Shown one piece after another: positions 19,232 to 29,000 of a stretch of DNA of 64,000 nucleotides. The notes beneath the pieces were generated by a model. The model made no database searches and had not been told where the DNA came from. It was given only the letters and a program-made list of their open reading frames with translations. The stretch spans positions 248,001 through 312,000 of IMG/VR virus record IMGVR_UViG_3300046616_000314, one strand, 5' to 3'. Made by a program: the position numbers and the translations under genes. Numbering within the stretch: position 1 is the first letter of the stretch; each line of letters starts with the position of its first letter.

Positions 19232-19774
19232 CTAAACCTCAAACTTGGCATCAGTGTCTAAGTTATATTTAGGCTTAGGTGCTTCAATTTCGGACCAATA
19301 CTCAATCTCGCCACGCGCGTATACGCGAGTATTAAAGATCGTTGCTTCTTCAACCGATTTCACGGCGCGACCATCATCCGCTCTCACAAACAAATGCCCG
19401 GTTTTCGGATTGAAACGCAATTCTACACCGTCCAGGGATGGGTCTGTATGGCTCAGAGAGCCCGCTACAGCCGCCATAGGAAATTTGGCATGTCCGTTCA
19501 CGATGGACACTCTAGCGGTCTGGTTGACCACGAAATAGGCTTCTGTGAGGGTGACTGCGATGTCGTACCCTACTGCCTTCGCGGTTGGCGATCCATTCGC
19601 GTGAACTGTTTGGAGAAAATAAAATTTTTCATCTTTTTCGATGCGAGAATTCAAATTTAGCCGAACAGCAACATGGGTTCCTGTAGCCAAATCTCGATTA
19701 TGAAAAAGTTTCTTGCGTAAGCGTGATGCAACCACACGGGAGTTGGTCACGTCGGAATCTACAATGGGCAACAC
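19232..19774 (-). CDS. Conserved phage hypothetical protein
   Basis: VAVRLNLN, KFPMAAVAG, LRFNPKTGHLFV. Confidence 0.7.
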   Translation of the reverse strand: MLPIVDSDVTNSRVVASRLRKKLFHNRDLATGTHVAVRLNLNSRIEKDEKFYFLQTVHANGSPTAKAVGYDIAVTLTEAYFVVNQTARVSIVNGHAKFPMAAVAGSLSHTDPSLDGVELRFNPKTGHLFVRADDGRAVKSVEEATIFNTRVYARGEIEYWSEIEAPKPKYNLDTDAKFEV

Positions 19775-19789
19775 GGTAAAATACTTTCA

Positions 19790-19960
19790 AAAAATCTACC
19801 TGACAGTAGGGATCGGTCCATCCCATAGCCTTCCGGTAATATAACCGAAGGGGGTAGTCTCCTACGACCATCGCTCTACGGATTAGGTCAGCCATCCGAG
19901 AGCCCTATACGGGGGCTCCGTCCGCTCGTTTGGTATTCTGCGTCAAACGTATCGCAGACC
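19790..19960 (-). ncRNA. Candidate structured RNA / 5' leader with ~7 hairpins
   Basis: Consecutive inverted repeats downstream of TTGTCG-N17-TACAAA (19995-19967). Confidence 0.45.
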
Positions 19961-19997
19961 AAATTTTTTGTACGATATTTTTTGGTAAACGACAAGG

Positions 19998-20030
19998 CAA
20001 AAAAGAGCCCGCCGAAGCGGGCTCTTTCCT
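19998..20030 (-). terminator. Intrinsic terminator after the giant structural gene
   Basis: AAAGAGCCCGC-TTCG-GCGGGCTCTTTTTT on the minus strand. Confidence 0.9.
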
Positions 20031-23000
20031 TTAGAAGTTGCCGAGTTGTCCCGGCGGTGTGAATGGTGTGACATAACGAGCCACGCCCTTTGTGATTCTG
20101 ATGTCATCCAAATAACCGTTGAGGTTAGCGGTATAGGATGCAACCGGATTACCACCTAGCAATAGCGCGCTTCCGGTTCCGCTTGGGAACGAGAATGACG
20201 ATGTTTGTGAACCGACGAGATTTCCATTCAAGTAGCAACGGAAAACGCCCGATTGTCTGACAATGGCAATGTGATGCCATGTATTAACAGGGATGCTTGC
20301 CGATGGGCTGAACGTAAACGTGCTGCCCGAACCGCTATAGAACGAGATAGCAGTTCCCGCCGAAGCAGTAGGACCGCCGACGTGTAAGCTCCAAACGCTT
20401 GCAGTGGAAACGTTTGTTGCAGCAGGCGGTGAATAGTGCAGTAGTTGTGAACGATAGTCGCCGCCGCCAGCAGCAGTCAGTGCAGTAATATTGAACCATG
20501 TTTCCATGGTGAAATCACCGGTTCCGAAATCTAGACCAGCGGTAGGGTTGGTCTGGCTTTGAGTGATAGTTTGAGTAACGGTACCTGGGAAGGATACCGA
20601 AGAGTTACCAAACTGCTTCTTAACCGTCGAGATCGATGCGCCATTGGCGGTAAAGGTACAGTTGCCAGTAGAATCGGTAAGAGTGCCTTCACCGTTTACG
20701 AGAACGCTAACGCTCGCGTATTGCGGATCATCATTCGGAAGCAATGTGAATTGTTGCGTCGGTGGTGTGAAGGTTCCGCTATAACGAGATACGCCATTGG
20801 TGATACGAAGATCGGTAATGGCTCCGTTATATCCGTAGTTCGCCGGGACTTGTTCATAACCACCAAGACCGATGCGCGCGGAGGTTTGACCCCAATCCGA
20901 TACTGTTCCGTTTGTTGAACCGACCGCGACACCATTGACCCAAAGGGTAGAAAGTGTACCCGAGCGAGTAAGAGCAATGTGAGTCCACGTGTTGAGCGGG
21001 ATAACCGGACCAACGATGCGGTCAACCGCTGATTCGCGCAGAACCAATTGTTGCGAAGCATTGACACCGATGAAGTAACCCGGTCCTGAACCGTTCGGGT
21101 TGTTGGACAGATAGAAACTATACAGACCGTTCGGTGGCGCCGCCGACGCTGGTTGAATTTGGTGAATCCACGCTTCGATGGTATAGGCGCCAGTCATTTG
21201 AGGAATGCCGCCGACATACGAGAAATTACCAAACGAGAAACCAGCCGTTGTTTGATTGCCCCACTTGCTTACCAATTGGGTCAATACACCGCCACCGCCT
21301 TGAATGGTGATAGCCTTGCCCGAAGAACGTTCGGTCAATTGTGCGCCTGGGTTGCCGATCATTGGCATCTGAACAATAGTATTCGCCAGATACGGGTCAA
21401 CGACAACGTTATATGTAACAACCGCATTTGACGTAGAAGATGCATTGGTCGCGGATACCGTGGTATTGTAAACCGTAGTATTCGATAGGAATGGCATCTT
21501 GCCTGTCAGCAACGAACCGTTGGCAATAAGACCGGTTGGTTCATTTGCCAACGTGAACGAGTTAGCATTGAACGTTGCGCTATAGTTCAAGACGGCGTTC
21601 GAATACGCTGTTGTATTGTTCAACAGGATTTGCGGAGCCGTGTTTGGTTTGTTAGGCAACGGTTGTGTCGGCGGTGTGAAGTTCGCTGTATAGCGACCAA
21701 CGCCCTTCGTATAGCGGAAGTCATTGGTGAAACCAACGTGACCAGCGGACGCGGCTTGACCTTCATAACCACCAACTGTCAGTCGTTGTGTGCTGGGGCA
21801 GAACGTTCCAACGTATACTTGGCTCGTACCGATCAAGTTACCATTCATGAAGAAATAGCTGGTGCCCGCAACACGTGACCATGCAAGGTGGACCCATTGA
21901 TTCAGCGGGAAGGTAACGCCAGCGCCGCCACCGATAATGTAATCGGTCGTCGGAACGTAGAAGCGCAATTGACCAGCCAAGTTAGTATACATCAGTGTAT
22001 CGTTTGCAGTAGTAGTAGTGTAGGAGCCAAAGAACGCATCATATGCTGTAGCATACGCGGTTTTGTAGAACCAACCTTCAACAGTGAAGTTACCGGGTGA
22101 AGACAGTACGCCACCAGTATTGGTAACGAATGCATAGTTGTTAGCCAATGTTTGGAACGACTGTGTTCCCCACTTGCTTTGTGTTGCAGACAACACCGGA
22201 GTACCGGTTGTGGTAACGGACTTACCAGTAAGTTCGGCTGGGACAGTTCCAACAGTACCGTACATCGGCATCATAGCAACGACGTTAGCATAATAGGTGT
22301 CGAGAATTTCCGAATCGACCGCTTGGAAATTAATAACACGGTCGGTGTAGAATACGTCAGCAAGAGCGCGAACCGTTACGTTAGCAGTAGCCGCAGTAGT
22401 ATTTGCGAATGTTACAGCCATTGTACCGGTAGTGCTGTTAATTGTAGCAACGCCCGGCGGCGTGCTTGAAGCAATCGTATAGGTGATCGCAGCCGAAGTA
22501 TCAACCGATGTCGCGGCAATAGTCTTTTGAATAACCGAGTTTGCGTAACCAACCGCAGTATTAGCCGAAGGAGTATTCGTAAAGATCGGGTTCTTGATGA
22601 TACCACCCAAGCGACCTGGGGGAGTGAAGTTCGTAGTATAACGAGCATTGCCGTTAGTAATACGAGCATCATCCATGAAGCCGTTGTACGGAGAAGTCCA
22701 GCTAGTTACGTTAATTCCACCAAACTGAATGAAACCGTTGGGCGGGAAATACATAGAAGCCGTAGGACCGGTGAATGCATTGGTTGTGGTTCCAACGTTT
22801 ACGCCGTTGAGGAAGTGCAACATATTTGCACCGCTACGAACGAACGCAACGTGATGCCATGTGTTCAACGGGAATGTCGCTTCGGAGAACGTAGCCGCCG
22901 TATTGAGCATCGCCGCGCCACTATTGGATTGGTCACGGGCTTGGAAACCCAGACCGCTAACACCGGTAGCAGTACCGCTTAGGTAGAAGCCCATTGCGTT

Positions 23001-26000
23001 ATATGTATTTACGGTCGATCCATCGGTTAGATTCCACAGACAGCCAGAATAACCCGCATTCGATGTATTGGTCAGACCGGGTGTATAAACCCACGCTTCG
23101 AAAGTCCAATCGTTTGAGCCAAAGCTGAAGCGTGGGCTTGGTGTTGTGCGAGCAATAGTTCCGACTTGGCCATTGAAGGACAAGCTTGCTGTGCCATATT
23201 TGTATGTCGATGTCGAACGTGTGGCAGTGAACAACGTGATTGTTTTACCAGTAGCGTCAACCAGATCATCTTGATAGAGCAAGACAACGTTGGAATAGAA
23301 CGGATCGGCTGTTTCGGCAATAACGGTGATGTCTCGAATTGGCGCGGTACGTGACTTGCTGTCTGTCGCCATAAAGCTAACAGTTGAAGCATTGCCAACG
23401 GTCGCGGGAGCATTACCGGTCAGTGCGCCAGTGGAGTCAATACCGATACCCGAAGTCGTGGCATTGGCTAGACCGTAGGACACTGTAGTATTTCCAAACG
23501 AAGCAGCGGTATATGCCACCTGAATTGGAGCATTGTTCGCAACGTATACTGTTGTGCTTTTCGAATTCCAGTACGGTTGAACGAAAGAATTCCAGCTTGG
23601 GGTGAAGTTGGTATTGTACTTCACGGTTGACCAAATATTCATCGAACGAATCAAGAGGTTCGAAATGTTATTGATAGTACCAGCGTTGCCGTTGTTGTAG
23701 TTACCGATAGTCATGGTATCACTATCGAAATATGTCAATGCAGGCGTGGTAACAGCACTTGATGCCACGTTTACACCATCGGCGTACAGATAGATCGTTG
23801 AGTTAATTTTGACCACGGCAAGGTGATGCCAAGTATTCAGAGACAATGTTCCGAACGAATTGGTAACGTTGTTGTAAACGTTCTTCCATTGGTTATCCGC
23901 TGGATCATAATAGACGAAGAATTTAGCTGTAGAACCAATACCGAATACAAAGCGAGTATTAGTAGCACCCGGCGATGCCAGTGGGTTCAACCATACTTCG
24001 TAAGTGAAATCGCCAACCAGCGCACGGATAGAAGAAGTATCCGTGGTCATTTTGGTGACGGTTTGGTTGTAGTAAGCAGCGGTATCGCCCGAATAACCTG
24101 GGGCGGCAACCATGGTCGGACCAGTGGCATAAGTAGTGACCGCCGCAGTACCAACGTCAGGAGCCAAGTTAGTATAGGTGACTCCGGTCGCGCGGTTCAA
24201 ACGCCAGCTAAGAGCAAGAGCCGGGGTTGGGAACACGGACGGGATTACGCTAAAGGTACGAGTAGATGATTTGTTACCGTTGCCTTCTGTTTTCTGAATA
24301 CCAAAGGCATAGCCAGTTGGACCAGCCGCGTATGGCAAGGTCCCGGTGATAGCACCGGTGTTGGCGTTCAAAGTCAGAGTGGACGGAAGGGCGCCGCTTG
24401 TAACTTCGTATAGTGCGTAGCCGAGGTTGTAAGGATCGGTAGCGGAGACAACAACGTTCGCTGTCGATTCTTCGGTAGTTGTCGCCAGGGCGCCCGCCGG
24501 GGTGTTCCACAACGGAGCATTACCATATGGGAATTCAGGTACGACATACGACGCGCCCGAATAACGAGCAACATCTGTCAAACGAACATCATCGGTGTAA
24601 CCACGGAATGTCCAACGCGGGCTTGCACCCGTACCGCCGATGTTGAGACCGGCAGTAGATGTTGCGCGTGTAATGGCTGCGTTGGAAACACGAGTGCCAT
24701 TGACGTAGGTTTGGACAGTAGAGTTACTTACGGAATATGAAACATTAAACCATGTATTCAGTGGAACAGCAGCAGCCGAGTTACCAATGCTTACTGCACT
24801 TGTGCCATTGTATGTGAAGAATTCAACCTTGCTTGTAGCATTGCTGACACGTGCGCTGAAGTATTCACCGACGCTAGCTGTTTTGTAGAACAAATAGTTG
24901 TAGCTTTCAGCAGCGGTCGGATAGGCAGTGAGATAGAACCAACCTTCAACGGTGAAACTACCCGATGTGGTATTTTGATTTGTACCTGTCGCAGCCGCCG
25001 GAATAACCATCGCAGTTGCATTAGACATGCGAGCCGAAGCAGCACCAAACTTGGAAACAGCCGACGAAGTATTAACCGCGCCAATTTGTTGAGTATAAGT
25101 GCCGTAATAATCTTGTAACGGCATTTGATTTTGAGACGGCGTGAAATTAGATGAATAACGCGACGTGCCTACGGTCATACGAATGTCATCGAATTTACCG
25201 AGGAAATTGAAATTCGATAGACCAGTTCCACCAGCAACGAATGTTGTCGCACTAGTCAAAGTACCATCATAGTAATTGGCTGGGGCTCCTTGCGAAACAC
25301 CATCAACGAACAAAGTAACCGCCGTTCCGTTGGAACACATTGCCACATGGTGCCAATCCGTAATATCCGAAATTGCAGCATTCGATACCAAGATACCAAC
25401 GGTATTTTCCAGAATGCGAATGGTGTTATTAGTTAGGAATTCCATACTAATAGTATTCGGAAGACCCTGACCGCCAACAGCCACAATACCTTCACGGTTT
25501 ACACCCAAGCGGTCGCGCTTAAGCCAGAATTCTATTGTAAATGGCTTATTATCCAACGATGATGGTAGAGCAACGACCGCAGTCGAGCTATTTTCCGCAG
25601 CAATAAGGCAACCACTACCGTATTTGGGAGCCGTGGTCCCGACTGTACCAACACCCGAGTTTGTATATCCGGCGTAGTTTATGGTATCGCCATTGAAAGG
25701 TAGGAACACGACGACATTTGCCCACTCAGAATCGGGCATCGAATCGAAGTGGTTGAGATATGTAACTTTGTCAGAATTTTGGTCGAGATAGCTTGTGTCG
25801 TTCTTGACTGTGAAGTTGAATGTCTTTTCAGACCACTTGCCCCAAACGTCAGTAGCGCGGGCAGTGAATTCCGCTCCAAGATCGTTGTTTGTGCTAGGAG
25901 CCAGACCACGAACGGCGCCATTCGAATACAGGGTAATCGTGCCCGGCAATGCAGGGCTGTTGACCATGGTATAAGTGACAGCATCACCATCGGGATCGGT

Positions 26001-29000
26001 GGCAAGTAATGTAACCGAATATTGCGAGCTTTCGTTCGCATCGGCAAGAACAGTGTTAGTAATCCAAACCGGGGCTTGGTTTTGCGTCAATGCAATCGTG
26101 AAGGTACGACCGGTCGAGAAGTGACCATCCGATGCGGCGATGTCGAAATTATACGACGAACCATTAGAGTAAGCCGGAAGAGTACCACGAATTGCACCGT
26201 TAGAATACAGAGTCAATGCACCGGGTAGGCTTGTGCCGTTGTCCAGAGCATAGGTTACTGTATTACCATTGGGGTCAACCGCCAAGACAGAAGTATTGGC
26301 ATACGAAGCTTCAATTTGTGTGAGAATAACACCAGCATTGGTAATCCAAACAGCCGGGGTATCTAGCTTAGATGTCAGCGTGAAATCACGGTCAACGCGA
26401 GTGAAGCCATCCGAAGCACCAACGCGGATGGTGTATGTGGTGTCTTCGGTGACAGCAGGTAGAGTACCGTAGATAGCCGCCGAATTTCCAACGTCCAGTG
26501 TAACGCCAGGAGGAACGGTACCCGAGACGTGTTCATAAGTCAGAGGCGTTCCATTCGGATCAGTGGCGACCAACGGGAAGTTAAATGTTGTTCCAGCCAA
26601 CGCAGTGATTAGACCCGCGTCTGTAGTCCAGACCGGCGGGATATTGTTGATAACCGAGAACGTGAAGGTACGATCAGTTGTCTTGCCTTGCGGATTATGA
26701 GCAGTAGCCAGGAAGCTATAAGGAGTATCCGAACCAACCGAAGGCAACATACCGGTCAACGCACCATTGGCATTCAGGGTCAAGAATGCCGGTAGGTTGT
26801 TAGATGTATAGGTGACTTGATCGCCGTTGCTTGTTGCAACGAGGGTCTTCGAATACGGAGACGATTCCAATTCGTTACCCAGAGCGGATGCTGTAGTCCA
26901 AGCAGGAGGCGAATTGAAGGTGGAAACCAACGAGAAGGAACGCGGAACCGAACGACGCGAATCCGAAGCGGTGATCGTGAAGTTATAAGTCGTGTCTGTA
27001 GCAATCGGGGGAAGAGTACCCGAAATCTGTCCAGTGTTATTGTTCAACGAAACGTTGGCAGGCAACGCACCACCAGTAACGGTATACGTAATAGTCAAAC
27101 CTTCAGGATCGTTTGCATGAACCGTTGCCGAGAATGCAGAACCCTCCGGTTGCGTACCCAAGCTACCAGCAGGAGTAGTCCAGACCGGAAGCAGGTTCTT
27201 CAGAACAGTGATAGAGAACGTACGTTCAGGACCAGTCAGCGTGCCATCGCTTGCGGTGACAGTGAAGGTGTAGGTCTGATCGGTGTCGCTAACTGGGGTA
27301 CCATTGATATCAACGGTATGAACCGCGCCGCTAGTATTGAATGTGGAATTCGGAGGAAGTGTGCCTGAAGTCATAGTATAGCTGACGGGCAAACCTTCTG
27401 GGTCATGTGCCGAGAAATTAAAGTTGAAAGTGTAACCGCTCAGAGTGTTACCCAAGGTACCAGCCGGGGTATCCCAGATTGGAACCGTGTCAACATTCAC
27501 GTCGATGCTGAATTCACGTTCGACAGGCGCGGCGCTGCCATCGGTGACAGTCATCGTGAACGGATAATTTGTGTTGCTCGAAACGTTTGGAGCCAAACCA
27601 GTAATGCGACCAGTTGACGAATTCAACGACAGACCGGTTGGCAACGTTGAACCAACAGCCAGGGCGTAAGTCAGTGCAGAATTTTCAAGATCAGTTGCGA
27701 CAACGCCCGTGTTTACCGGCTTGTTCTTTTGACCAGTGAAAATCGAACCAGAAGGTGTGACCCAGTTCGGAAGTTGGTTCGAATAAGCCGTGACCGAGAA
27801 CGCGCGATCAACACGGGATTGACCATCGGAAGCCCCAACTTCAAAATTATACGTTGTAGCATTGGCAACGATTGCCAGCTTACCAGCGATACGACCCGAC
27901 GTTGACATAGTAACGCCAGCCGGAAGAGTAGTGCTGTTTACGAGAGTATACGTTAGCGGAGTACCGTTGGCATCAGAAGCAACGAGTTGTACTTCGAATG
28001 TATTATTGCCGTAGAACGAACCGATTGTGCCAGCGTTGCTAACCCAAACCGGCGGAACATTGTGTTGAACAGTCAGTGTGAAGGATTGATCGGCGCCCTT
28101 AATACCGTTGAAAGCATTGATAGTGAAATTGAATACAGTGTCGCTAGCGACAGCAGGGGACACGCCCGAGAGCATACCAGCCTTAGTCAGAGTCCAACCA
28201 GCCGGTAGAGCACCAGACTTCAGGGTGTAGACCATAGGACCATTGCCAACGCCGGTTGCCGACAGTTGGTTGGAGTACGCTGCATTTTCAATAATATTTC
28301 CGAGGTTCGAACCTGTGATCCAAACCGGAGCCGAATTGAACATAACATCGATAGTGAAATTGCGTTCGACTTCGTTATAATTATCCAACGAGCCATCCGA
28401 CAGAACAACGTCAAATGACGGATGAGCATCTTGAAGAACAGTCGGAAGCGTGCCCGAGATACGACCAGTGCCCGACAGGTAAAGACCGAAGGGCAATGAA
28501 CCCGGATATTTCAGACGATACGAAACCGCATAACCATCGGGATCGTAGCCTTGAAGTTGATAGCTGAATGGAGTTTGTTCGAACCCGCCACCAATCGAAC
28601 CCGCCGCCGTCAACCACACCGGGGCGGCATTGACGCGATTGATGATCGAGAAAGTACGAGCAACGGTGTTGTAACCGTCGAACAAGTTGACGGTGAATTC
28701 AGATTCGGTATCCGAAACAACAGCAGGTAGTGTACCCGAGATACGACCAGCAGCCGACAAGGTAATACCAGCCGGGAGTGTTCCGCTTTCCAGCGAATAG
28801 CTCACTGGCAAGCCATTGGGGTCATAGCCTTCCAATTGAACGGAAATGGCAGTCTTAGCCAGGGCGTTAGCGATCAGACCAGAAGCAGTATTCCAGATCG
28901 GGTCCAGATTTTCCTTAACGATCAAGCTGAAATCACGCGGAGTGGTCAGTACGCCATCCGAAGCGTCGATAGTCAGATCAAAGGTGAAGTCGCTACCGTA

